Origin: an uncultured Chthonomonadaceae bacterium
GTDB taxonomy: Bacteria > Armatimonadota > Chthonomonadetes > Chthonomonadales > Chthonomonadaceae
Assembly: GCA_963817895.1 (NCBI GenBank)
Contig: CAWFQB010000001.1
Span: 1,472,001 to 1,536,000 of the forward strand
Length of the DNA stretch: 64,000 nt
Direction: 5' to 3'
Every line of letters starts with the position of its first letter. Position 1 is the stretch's first letter. Positions 37,945 through 48,393 of the stretch are shown piece after piece. The translations under genes were made by a program, and so were the position numbers. The notes under the pieces were generated by a model that was given only the letters and a program-made list of their open reading frames with translations, was not told the DNA's origin and made no database searches.

Positions 37945-40900
37945 GAATTACCGATACTAATGAGACGCGCCCCGGAAACAATTTGGCCCACAAACAGAAC
38001 GCGCTTCATGCGATTCACAAATGGAGTATCAAGCATCCGTATGCCGTAATCGCGTTTTACGTGGCGATGGTCGGGCTGGCGTGGATGACGGTTACCGGCT
38101 CGATGCCGCGCCGGTTCGCGCCGTATGTGGAAAGCCCGCAGATCGGCGTTGTCACGATGATGCCGGGGCTATCCGCGCAGGAGATGGAACTCTACGTCAG
38201 CAATCCCATTGAGCAGCAGATGGTGAACGTAAAAGGGCTGCGCTATATCCGGTCGAACTCACAAAACGGGTTCAGCATCGTCACGCTGGAATTCCCGTAT
38301 GGCGCGGACATGCAGAAGGCGCTGACCGATGTGCAGGCGTTGATGAATGTCACGCAATCGCTGCTGCCCGCAACCGGGGCGAACATGAAACCCTCGTGGG
38401 TCGTGCCGATTGACCCGCTCAACCTGCCGGTTCTGACACTGAGCGTACAGGGCGATCCCAAACTGGGCTGGGACATGGCGCGGGTTCGGGAGTTTGCGGA
38501 TAACACGGTTATCAACCGATTAAAGGCCGTGCCGAGCGTGTACTCGGTTGTGCCGTTCGGCGGGTATCGGCGGCAGATGCAGGTGATCGTCGACCGGGAA
38601 AAACTGGCGGCGTACAAACTCTCGATTCTGGATGTCCGCAACGCCATTGACCGCTCCAATGTGACGCGGCCCGCCGGAACGCTGACGAACGGCGCTCAGG
38701 AGAGCATCGTTCGCGTGGACACCCGCGCCCGCAAAGCGCAGGACATACTCGATTATCCGATTACATCCGTAGCGTCCGAGCAAATTGCCTCCACAGGTGG
38801 GACAAACGGCGGTAACGGCGGTTCGCAGAGCAGTATGGGGAGTGGCATGAGCGGCGGTTCAGGCGTTGTTACCCCCGCTATTGCGGCCCAATCTGGAACG
38901 TCAGCCCCGTCGCGCTCCCCGCGTGTTGTGTATGTGCGGGACGTGGCGCGTGTGGTGGATACCCAGTGGGAACGGCGCAGCGGCTACCACTACCTGAAAC
39001 ACGATCCGGGCAAGCAGGCCGAAACCCTGCCTTCTATCGAAGTCTCTGTTCTCCAGAACCCCGGCGCGAGTTCCGCGCAGGTCGTGCCGGAAGTCATGCG
39101 GGTTGTTCAGCAGTTAGAGGCGGAGAACCCCGGCCTGCATTTTGAAACCGCTTATGACAACGCGCATTTCGTCAATATCCTGTTTCACAACGTCTGGGAA
39201 GAGCTGGCGATTGCCGTTCTGCTGACGGGCGTTGCCGTGTTGTTCTTTCTGGGCGAGTGGCGCGGCACCTTGATCGCCATGATTACCCTGCCGACAGTCC
39301 TGGCGATTGCCGTGCTGATGATGGTTCCGTTCCGCATGACCTTCAACAGCGGCACGCTGATCGGATTGTTGCTGTCCATCGGGCGGCTGGTGGACGACAG
39401 CATCATCGACATTCACGCCGTCGAGCGGCATCTGCGCATGGGCAAAGATCCCAAAACCGCCACCATTGACGGCATCGCCGAAGTGCGCGTCGCGGTGATC
39501 GCGTCCACTCTGATGATTGTTCTCGCGCTTTCGCCGCTGCTGTTTTCCGGCGGCATCACGCAATTGATGTTCAAGGAGTTGGTGTGGCCGCTGATTTTCG
39601 GCCTGCTCGCCTCCATGCTGGTCTCCTTCACGCTGACCGCGCTGCTGTGCGCCAACCTGCTGCGCCCCGAAAGCGCCCGCGAAGCCGACCGCGAGCATTG
39701 GCCATTGCGCTGGCTGTACGTGCTGCTCGACCCGTTTCAGCGCTGGCTTCGACCGCTTGGAAAGCGGGTACGGACGCGCGATCCGCTGGATGCTCAAGCA
39801 CCGCTTCGCCAACTTCGCCCGCGTCCTGGCGACGCTGATCTTGGGCATGACCTTCTACTATTTCATCGGCAGCGAGATGATGCCGCTTGCCGATGTGGGG
39901 CAGGCGAACGGCTTTCTGGAAATGGCTCCCGGCACGTCGTTTGCCGAAACGGAACGCGCCGTCGAGCCGGCTGGAGCAGATCATGGCGCAGATATCCCGA
40001 ACTGGAAAAGGCGAGCGTGGAAATCGGCGCGGAAAGCATGTTCGAGATCTTACAGCCCTACTACACCGGCTACCAGATGCCGCAGGTGAACGGCGCGTCC
40101 ATGATGCTGACCTTCAGCGACAAGGACAGCGCAAGCGCACGCATCTTGGAGATCATGGACGCCGTGCAGAAGGAGGCGCTGGCGACCATTCCCGGCATCC
40201 GGCGCTTGCAGATCAAGGAGATGGGCAGCGACGTGATGGCGACGGCGGCCGCGCCCGTTCACGTCAACCTGATCGGCCCGGACCTGGCGAACCTGGACCG
40301 GCTTGGGCAGCGAGACGCTTGGCAGTCGCGCAGAAAATGCCGGAAATGTTTCAGCCGGCGACGACCTGGACGATGGGGCTGCCGGATGTATCAGATCAAG
40401 GTGGACCCGCAGCGGGCGCAGGAGGTGGGACTGACGCCGGAAAGCATCTCCGAGCAGGCGTACTATGCCCTGAGCGGCGGGCTGACCAACGAGTTTTATC
40501 GCCTGCCCAACCTGCGGCAGGACACGATTCAGGTGCGCTACGAGGAGAAGGATCGGGCCACCGCGCAGGATCTGGAAAACCTCTATATCTGACGACGCCG
40601 GACGGGCGGCAGATCCCGCTGAAATCCGTCGCGACCGTCGAGCACGACGTGGCTCCCACCGTCATCGAACACGACGGCTTGAAGCGCGTCATCGGCATCA
40701 CGGGCTACTACCGCATCGGCAATCTGCCTTCGATGGATGTGGTGATGAACCTGGTCGCCAACGTCTATCGCGGGCAATCCGACAAACTGAGCGTCGCGCC
40801 GGTCAATTTCCCGCCCGGCTACGGCATGGAGATGCGCGGCGACATGAAGGAGATGATGAACTCGTTCCGCCGCATGATGTGCGGGCCTGACGCTCGCGCT

Positions 40901-41423
40901 CGTCCTGATGTATCTGGTCCTCGTGGTGCAGTTTCGGGGCTTTTTGCAGCCCTTGCAGATGATCGCCAGCCTGCCGCTGGAACTGGCGGGCGTGTTTACG
41001 GCGCTCTGGCTGGCGCATCAGTCGTTTTCGACGGTTTCGCTTCTGGGCATCATCGTGCTGACCGGCATGGACATCACGACCGCCGTTCTGCTGATTGATA
41101 TGATTATGAAATACCGCGACCGGGGCATGCCACGCGACGAAGCGATTGCAACCGCCTGCCCGCAACGCCTGCGCCCCATTCTGATGACGGCGGGCATCAC
41201 TCTCGTCACCATGCTGCCCGTCGCCCTGCGCCCGAAAACGGGTCTGGACGCCTATCAGCCGCTTGCCGTCGCCGTTGTCGGCGGACTGCTCGTCGGCACG
41301 ATCCTGAGCCTGTTCGACATTCCCATCATGCACACCTATGTCGACGACCTGACCCGCTGGCTCAACAAAACCTTCCTGAACCGCGACTACCAATGGCCTG
41401 TGACAGAGGAAGAAAACGAATAG
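37941..41423 (+). CDS. RND efflux permease (AcrB/CusA-like), several frameshifts at 39750-40900
   Basis: PIEQQM, GRLVDDSI, SFTLT, RLRPILMT, PLAVAVVGGL across successive ORFs. Confidence 0.9.
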
Positions 41424-41443
41424 CGGATAGGCTGAAAGTGGAG

Positions 41444-41857
41444 TTACGCGCTTATTTCAATAGACCGTTGCCGTATCCAACCGGTAAACTCTTCAAGAGT
41501 GACCTTGCTATCCGCAGTGGCAAGCGTGAATTCTTCGGCGGCTTCCATATCGCTCAAATCTAATTCATAGCCATTCTGTTCCAGCATTACCGCGCAGGCT
41601 ATTAGCCCTGTGCGTTTGCACCCATCATGGAAAATATGACGGGTCATAATGTGATAGCCAATGGCAGCCGCTTTATCTACGACTGTAGGGTATTGATCAA
41701 CCCCAAAGACTAAACTCTGTACCGCTTCGAGTATGTAATCGAGCGCTACAGAGTTTTCCAAGTTGTCTTTGCCTGTGAATAGTCCACCAGTTGCTTCAAT
41801 CATCTGGCGATTTAAGGCAATAATGTCCGTTCGGGTTATTTGGCTAGTCGTTGCCAT
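41444..41857 (-). CDS. Fic/Doc family toxin
   Basis: HIFHDGCKRTG Fic motif variant; YPTVVDKAAA. Confidence 0.9.
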   Translation of the reverse strand: MATTSQITRTDIIALNRQMIEATGGLFTGKDNLENSVALDYILEAVQSLVFGVDQYPTVVDKAAAIGYHIMTRHIFHDGCKRTGLIACAVMLEQNGYELDLSDMEAAEEFTLATADSKVTLEEFTGWIRQRSIEISA

Positions 41858-42024
41858 AGCGGGCGATATTTGTCTATGTAGCGCTGTCCGATAGCCAGAA
41901 CAGCAGGAGAAGGCTCTTCGACAGGAGACACCATGCCGCCTTTTTCATCATCCATCTTAGGGGATGTTTGCTCATCCTGTCGCGTCACACCTGTATTGAT
42001 GGGTGATTGTGAAATGTTTGCCAT
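41836..42024 (-). CDS. Putative antitoxin of the Doc-like toxin
   Basis: 62 aa, overlaps toxin start, C-terminal KYRPLWQRLAK, AGGAG RBS. Confidence 0.65.
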   Translation of the reverse strand: MANISQSPINTGVTRQDEQTSPKMDDEKGGMVSPVEEPSPAVLAIGQRYIDKYRPLWQRLAK

Positions 42025-42270
42025 TGATTTGTCTCCTTTCGCGTAATTTACCCAACGGGGCTTGTTTAATTACATGGTCATTATACCACTTCCTCTGATA
42101 ATCAAGAGGTGTTTTTCCACACCGCGCAAGAATCAATTATGCTCGCGCCAGACATAATTGTTAGCGGCAGGGCGCGGAAATCGCAATCAGGGTAGGATTC
42201 CGACAAACCTTTCTGGAACTTACAGGGCAGGGACAATACCCAAACGCAAACTGAACTTCACGAGGACAAC

Positions 42271-43341
42271 ATGAACGATACTACTCCTTATCGCTACGCT
42301 ATCATTGGAACAGGCCGCCCGTGGAAAGCAGAGGGCGCGACCGGCTTCGGCATGGCGCACCCGCACTACAAAGGCTTTACCGCCACCAACCGCGTTGATC
42401 TTGTCGCCATCGCCGATCTGGACGATACCCGCGCCCACCAGTTTTTAGAAGACTACAAGGAAGACGCCAAAATCTACCACGATTACCACGAGATGCTGAA
42501 AGAGGAAAAACCGGAGATTGTCAGCATCACGACATGGCCGCATCTTCACGCCGAAATGACGGTTGCCGCGTGTGAAGCGGGCGTCCGGGCTGTCCATTGC
42601 GAAAAGCCGATGGCGACAACGTGGGGCGACGCCAAACGCATGAAAGCCGCAGCGGATGCCAGCGGCACAATCCTGACGTTCAATCATCAGCGGCGGTTTT
42701 TGGAACCGTTTCAAAAGGCCGCGCAGATGATACGGGATGGCGAATTGGGCGATTTGCAGCGGATTGAAGCGCAGTGCGGCGACATGTTCGATTGGGGAAC
42801 GCACTGGCTGGACATGATGCAGTTCTTCAATGAGGAATCGCCGGTCGAGTGGGTGATCGGGCAGATTGACAGCCGGGAAGAGAAACGGGTGTTCGGCGCG
42901 TTTGCCGAAGGGCAAGGATTGGTTCACTACAAGTGGGCGAATGGCGTCCGGGGCCTGCTGATTACCGGGCATGAGGCGAAGTGGGATTGCGCCCTGCGCG
43001 TGACGGGCACAAAAGGAGCGCTGGAAGTGGGTTGGGATATGCCCTGCCTGCGCGTCCGAACGGAAGGAGATTCGGGCTGGCGCATGATTGAGACAAAAGA
43101 GGGCATTCACGGCGAAGTGGCGATTGATCGCGCCTGCGCCGATCTCGTCCGCGCCCTCGACGAACCCGGACACAAGCCCCTCCTTACGGCAGAAAAGGCG
43201 CTGAAGCACACCGAAATTATTTACGCGGCGTACTACAGCAGCCTGTATCGGGGACGGGTAGACTTGCCCCTGACCTACGAAGGAAGCGCATTGCTCGACA
43301 TGGTGGCGCAGGGTTCTATCGGGCCGGACCGCAAAGAATAG
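42271..43341 (+). CDS. Gfo/Idh/MocA family oxidoreductase
   Basis: YAIIGTG, CEKPMA, NHQRRF, DWGTHWLD. Confidence 0.93.
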   Translation: MNDTTPYRYAIIGTGRPWKAEGATGFGMAHPHYKGFTATNRVDLVAIADLDDTRAHQFLEDYKEDAKIYHDYHEMLKEEKPEIVSITTWPHLHAEMTVAACEAGVRAVHCEKPMATTWGDAKRMKAAADASGTILTFNHQRRFLEPFQKAAQMIRDGELGDLQRIEAQCGDMFDWGTHWLDMMQFFNEESPVEWVIGQIDSREEKRVFGAFAEGQGLVHYKWANGVRGLLITGHEAKWDCALRVTGTKGALEVGWDMPCLRVRTEGDSGWRMIETKEGIHGEVAIDRACADLVRALDEPGHKPLLTAEKALKHTEIIYAAYYSSLYRGRVDLPLTYEGSALLDMVAQGSIGPDRKE

Positions 43342-43389
43342 GGAGGTGACGCCGCCACCCTGATATAGCCTCCGAAACTAGAGGACACT

Positions 43390-44910
43390 TCAAACCTCCG
43401 CGTTAGTTGCCGGCGCGTTGTCGTGGGACATGATGCTGTGATGCCTGCCGTACCCGAAATAAATTACCATGCCGATTGCCAGCCACACAAACAGGCGTAT
43501 CCAGTTCTCTACCGGCAGCGAGAACATCAGCAGCAGGCAAGTGGCGATACCCAAAATCGGCACCAGGGGAACCAGCGGGGCGCGGAAAGGACGCGGGGTT
43601 TCCGGGTGGGTGCGGCGCATAATCAGCACGGCGGCGCATACGATCACGAACGCCAGAAGGGTTCCAATGCTGACCAGGTCGGCCAACACGCGCAGGGGCA
43701 GAAAGGCCGACAGCAGCCCGACGAAAACGCCCGTCAGAATGGTTGATTTCCAGGGCGTCTGGAAGCGGGGATGCACCGCGCCGAAGAAACTTTTGGGCAG
43801 CAGGCCGTCGCGCCCCATCGCAAGCAGAATGCGCGGCTGACTGAGCATCGTCACCAGCAGGACGGACGTAATGCCCGCAACCGCGCCCACGGAAATGAGC
43901 AACTCGGCCCAGGGCAACCCGGCCTGCCGGAACGCATCGGATACGGGCGCATCCACATTGATGTGATTGTAGGGAACCATTCCCGTCAGCACCGCCGCGA
44001 CCAGAATGTAGAGTATGGTACACATCACCAGCGAGCCGAGAATGGCAAGCGGAACGTCGCGCTGTGGATTTTTCGCTTCCTCGGCATGGGTCGAAATGGA
44101 GTCGAAGCCGATATACGCGAAGAAGATAATGCCAGCCCCGGCCAACATGCCCAGGGGTTCGCCGCCTTTGCCGGACTGCCCGAACAGCGTCTTGCCGAAA
44201 AAGCTGACGCCCGAATATCCATACGGCGCAAAGGGATGCCAGTTGGCCGGGTGAACATAGAACGCGCCCACGATAATAACGAAAGCCACTATGGCCAGCT
44301 TGACCAGCACCATAACCGAATTAAACTTGACGCTCTCCTTGACGCCCTTGACAAGCACGAGCGTGATGAGGGCCGTAATGAAGATGGCCGGGAGATCAAA
44401 CAGCGCTCCTGTCGGCTGCATACGGCCCTGCGTGGGATCGTAGTCGAAGGGGGCCGTCGCCACCAGATGAGGCAGATGGAGGTGAAAGATGCCTAAGAAA
44501 GCCTGAAAATATTTCGACCAGCCATGCGCCACCGCTGCCGCGGAAACGGCGTATTCGAGAACCAGGTCCCAGCCGATAATCCAGGCGAACATCTCTCCCA
44601 GAGTGGCATAAGCATAGGTGTACGCCGACCCCGCGACCGGAACCATCGCGGCGAACTCCGAGTAGCAGAGCGCGGCAAAGATACAGGCCAGAGCCGCCAC
44701 GATGAACGACAGGATCAGGGCGGGGCCGGTCTTGTCATGGGCGGCCACGCCCGTCAGCACAAAGATGCCCGTCCCGATGATCGCGCCCACGCCCAGACTG
44801 GTCAGGGCAACGGGGGTGAGGACGCGGTTCAGGTGAACTTTGCCGGCCTCCCCTTCCACCTCCTTCAGCAGTATTGCCAGTGGCTTTCTGGCGAACAATG
44901 GGTTGCTCAT
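43390..44910 (-). CDS. APC-family amino acid permease
   Basis: GVGAIIGTGIF, GSAYTY, FFAYIGFD, multiple TM helices. Confidence 0.95.
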   Translation of the reverse strand: MSNPLFARKPLAILLKEVEGEAGKVHLNRVLTPVALTSLGVGAIIGTGIFVLTGVAAHDKTGPALILSFIVAALACIFAALCYSEFAAMVPVAGSAYTYAYATLGEMFAWIIGWDLVLEYAVSAAAVAHGWSKYFQAFLGIFHLHLPHLVATAPFDYDPTQGRMQPTGALFDLPAIFITALITLVLVKGVKESVKFNSVMVLVKLAIVAFVIIVGAFYVHPANWHPFAPYGYSGVSFFGKTLFGQSGKGGEPLGMLAGAGIIFFAYIGFDSISTHAEEAKNPQRDVPLAILGSLVMCTILYILVAAVLTGMVPYNHINVDAPVSDAFRQAGLPWAELLISVGAVAGITSVLLVTMLSQPRILLAMGRDGLLPKSFFGAVHPRFQTPWKSTILTGVFVGLLSAFLPLRVLADLVSIGTLLAFVIVCAAVLIMRRTHPETPRPFRAPLVPLVPILGIATCLLLMFSLPVENWIRLFVWLAIGMVIYFGYGRHHSIMSHDNAPATNAEV

Positions 44911-44923
44911 TCAAAAGTCCCTT

Positions 44924-45643
44924 CTATTTCGCTTTCTCGTACATCTTCTGGTAGGCCTCGGCTTTCGCCAGCAGGTCGCCTCGCCTCTTTTGCAGCGTTT
45001 TGCGCGCGTCGAAGCCGGCAACGCCCGTACCCTCGAAGGTGTCCCTCAATGCCAGCCCGCCGCTTGCGACGCCGGTAAGAAGGGAATTGTCCTGATGCGC
45101 TTTTTCAATCTCGCCGCTGATGACAAAGGCGAGGGTCAGGTAGGTATAGGAGCGTTCCAGGTCTTTGTCGGTCGTGATGTCGGCTTTGGGAAACTCCTTT
45201 TTCCACTGCGCTTTGTCGTAGTAGTAGACTTTCGCCAGCTTCACCATCGCCCAGGGATTGAGGTAGTCGTCTGCGGCGATGGTCATATACTTGATATAGT
45301 TGGCGTAATCATCCTTTTGGATAGCCTTTAAGCCCAGGTAGTAGAAGCCCCAGGAAGCCTCATACAGCGTGACATTTTTGGCGTTCAGGCCGGCCTTGAT
45401 TTCCGGTATGTCGGCTTTTCTGTCGCGCTCGATGATCGCTTTGACCTGCTCGAACTTTCCGACAGGCAGATGAAGTTGATTATAATGGTTGGCGCATAGA
45501 CTGTCAAGGCCACTCGTTTTGGCGGGGCTGTTGCGGACCGGCGCGGCTTCGGCAGTTTTCGAGGAGGCTGTGGCGCATCCAATCAGCGCGACAAGCAGCA
45601 GTGAAAGCGGCAACGGGTTTTGCGTTAGACGGTTCATAATCAC
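44924..45643 (-). CDS. Secreted or lipoprotein hypothetical protein
   Basis: Signal peptide with LIGC; AAGGA RBS. Confidence 0.7.
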   Translation of the reverse strand: MIMNRLTQNPLPLSLLLVALIGCATASSKTAEAAPVRNSPAKTSGLDSLCANHYNQLHLPVGKFEQVKAIIERDRKADIPEIKAGLNAKNVTLYEASWGFYYLGLKAIQKDDYANYIKYMTIAADDYLNPWAMVKLAKVYYYDKAQWKKEFPKADITTDKDLERSYTYLTLAFVISGEIEKAHQDNSLLTGVASGGLALRDTFEGTGVAGFDARKTLQKRRGDLLAKAEAYQKMYEKAK

Positions 45644-45796
45644 GAGTTTCCTTTCAAATCAAAGCCGCGTCAAGCCGCGTCGCGCGGACATGGCAGGCAT
45701 CAACAGGCAGCGCGGTTCAGGCTGTCAACGTCCGGGGCGGGTACGCCGAGACGGTTACGTCGCAACTGCGCGATGCTGAAAGGAATGTACGCGCCA

Positions 45797-45831
45797 ACCG
45801 TGATACTTCCGTAAAACTCTCGTGATATTTT
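45797..45831 (-). promoter_or_regulatory. Triple direct repeat with 11-bp period (second copy)
   Basis: CGTGA 45799, CGTAA 45810, CGTGA 45821. Confidence 0.6.
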
Positions 45832-46037
45832 GAACAGGCAAAGATATTAACGAGCGCAACCTATGGCTCCTTTACCTCCTCCGGTCTGCTAAATTTTCCG
45901 TCAGGGTTCCTGATAAAAACGAATGTTTTTCCGAATTCGAGCAGGAACGTTTCCCGGCGATAGCGTAATACTATCTTGATTGCGCGCCTGTCCATTTCAA
46001 TCGCAGCCGTATGCCTTTTGCAGAGGAGCTTTCCGCC

Positions 46038-47869
46038 GTGAACTTTGTCAAATATGTCTCCGATAACCCGTATCGTCTGCTGCAAGTCGGTTCCGGCGCC
46101 TCGTCCCGCGATCTGCGCAAAGCGGCGGAAAAAGCCGCCCGAACCGTACAGGCCGGACTGCCGCAGGAAGTAGGACTGGAAACCACATTCGGGGCCGAGG
46201 AACTGCCGCGCGCTGCCGACCTTGCGCGAAATCTGGCGAACGATCCGCCGCAGCAGACGATTTACCGCCTGTTCTGGCCGTTCGCGTATGAACGCCCGCC
46301 CCAGGCGGACGGCACAAGCGGCGACCTGCAATGGCTTATCGCGCATCCGCTTTCCCCCTCCGCGTTTTATGTGACGCAACTGCGCTTTTTGCAGGCATGG
46401 TTCGATTATCAGGAAGCCCCGACATCGGAAAATGCCCGCAGAGTCTGACGGCCTTTCACGCGCTAATGTATGATGCGGAATGTGGCTATTACCTGGGCGA
46501 CCTGCTGCGGCAGGAGGGCGCGGACGCTTCCGCGACGCTTCCGATGGTATGGGAGCAGGCTTCGGCGCATCTGCTGGAAACCCTCTGCCAGCAGGCTGCC
46601 GACGCCTGGGAAGCGGGGGATGATGCCCGGTCGCAGGCGCTCGTCGGCGTGGTTTGCGCGTCCGGCTTTTCCGAGGCGACGGTGAACGCCGCGCTGAAAG
46701 TGATGGTGTCGGCGGGCAACCGCGAAGTGGCGCGTCTGCATACCATCAGCGACAGTTTCGACGGCTGGACCCCCGAACGCGGAACGTACAACCTACAGGA
46801 ACTCTCCAAATTGCGCGGGCTTGCCGATTTGATCGCGCCCCGCGTCCCCTCCGCCCGATTGTGGCAGCAGGAGATTGACGATTGCGTGGGCAACGTGGCC
46901 GGACACATGCGCAGCCACGCCATTGACATCGCCAACGAGAAAGAGGATTGGAGCGGCAGCCGCGCCATTTTGCAGCAGATACAAACCCTGCCGCTTTCCG
47001 CCGAATGGCGCGAGCGGCTGACCGGCGATTACGCGCAGCTTGAAAAGAACGAGAAGATGGCGGGGCGGACGCTGAAAGCGGGCGACATTCGCCCCGTAGA
47101 TAAGCCGCCCTCACTGTCAACCATCAACGGCATCGGCACGAAACTGTACGGGCGTTCCATGCTGGATCGGGACACCGGCATTTATATCAGCACCCTGTAT
47201 TTTGTCGTGCTGTTTCTGCCCATTTTCCCGATGGCCCGTTATGTGGTGCGGGACGCGGAGGGCGGCGGCTGGTACTTCATGGGCAAAGCCCCGCTGTCGA
47301 AATTCAATAAGGCCCATCTTGGCGTTTCGCTCGCTATGACCGCGATTTTCGCGCTTTGCATCATGTTCAGCGCGCCTTCGGGCAGTTCGAGCCGCTCTTA
47401 CAATTCCGACAGCAGTTACTCGTCTTCCCCCTCCTCCTCCGTGATGCCCGATGGTTCCGCAACCGGAGATGAGACCGGCAATCCGCCCCCGCCGCCTGCC
47501 AACGAAACGCCGGAACAGCGCAAATCCCGCCTGTACGCGGAAGCCCTGCGCATCAAATTGCGCCTGAAAACGGAAGAGGACACGCTGCCACAGGCCAAAA
47601 CCGGGGTCACGGAGGAGCGAACGCGATTGGAAGCGCAGGAGAAAGAGGTTCTGGACGAGCGCGACAAGCTGGAAAAAGCGCGTAAGGCTGGACACAAACC
47701 GACGGCCAAACAAAAGGCGGATTTCAAAGCAAAGATAGATAAACTGGAAGAGGGATGGACGGCGTTCGATAAAACCGTGCAAGCCTACAACAAGCGCATA
47801 GATAAGGACAAGGCGGATGTGGCGCGCTTGAAGCAGATTGCCGACGTTCTCAAGCAGACGGGGGAATAG
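46038..47869 (+). CDS. Membrane protein with J-domain-like N-terminus and coiled-coil tail, frameshifted near 46440
   Basis: DNPYRLLQVGSGASSRDLRKA without HPD; STINGIGTKLYG...LYFVVLFLPIFPMARY TM region; ORFs 46011-46448 and 46331-47869 join. Confidence 0.7.
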
Positions 47870-47871
47870 GC

Positions 47872-48297
47872 ATGGACGCCAACGATGCCGGACAGGAAGC
47901 ATCTCACGCAACCGACGCGGGGCAGAACGCGGTTGCCTTACCGGATGCGGCGCAGGAGGCGGGCCGCCTTTCGCTGGAACGGGGCGGCATGAGCGACCTG
48001 ATGGTAGACCTATGGCGCATCCAGAAGCGGGCGCAACGCGATCCGGCCACTTCCGAGGGCGTACACATCGCCTGCGAACGCGCTCTGGAACGCGCCCACG
48101 CGCTGGGCTTTGAACTGCAAGAGATGACAGGCGAACCCTACCACGCGAACATGAACCTGCGCGTGGCGCATCGCGACGGCGGGGAGCAGAACCTGCGCAT
48201 CAGCGAGTGCCTGTCGCCCGCCGTATACTTTACCCCGGCGCAATCCAGTCAAAAGCAGTTGATACGCAAGGCCGAAGTAGTTATACAGGGAGAGTAA
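47872..48297 (+). CDS. GrpE-like protein
   Basis: LQEMTGEPYH...ISECLSPAVY...LIRKAEVVI resembles the GrpE beta domain; precedes Hsp70. Confidence 0.6.
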   Translation: MDANDAGQEASHATDAGQNAVALPDAAQEAGRLSLERGGMSDLMVDLWRIQKRAQRDPATSEGVHIACERALERAHALGFELQEMTGEPYHANMNLRVAHRDGGEQNLRISECLSPAVYFTPAQSSQKQLIRKAEVVIQGE

Positions 48298-48311
48298 GAA
48301 GTTGATAGTTG

Positions 48312-48354
48312 CCCTCACCCCCTGCCCCTCTCCCAAAAAAGACTGGGAGAGGGG
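48312..48354. repeat. REP-like palindrome
   Basis: CCCTCACCCCCTGCCCCTCTCCCA..TGGGAGAGGGG. Confidence 0.75.
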
Positions 48355-48393
48355 AGACTTTAACATGGGAATTGGAACGGAGAAAGCGCGAAT

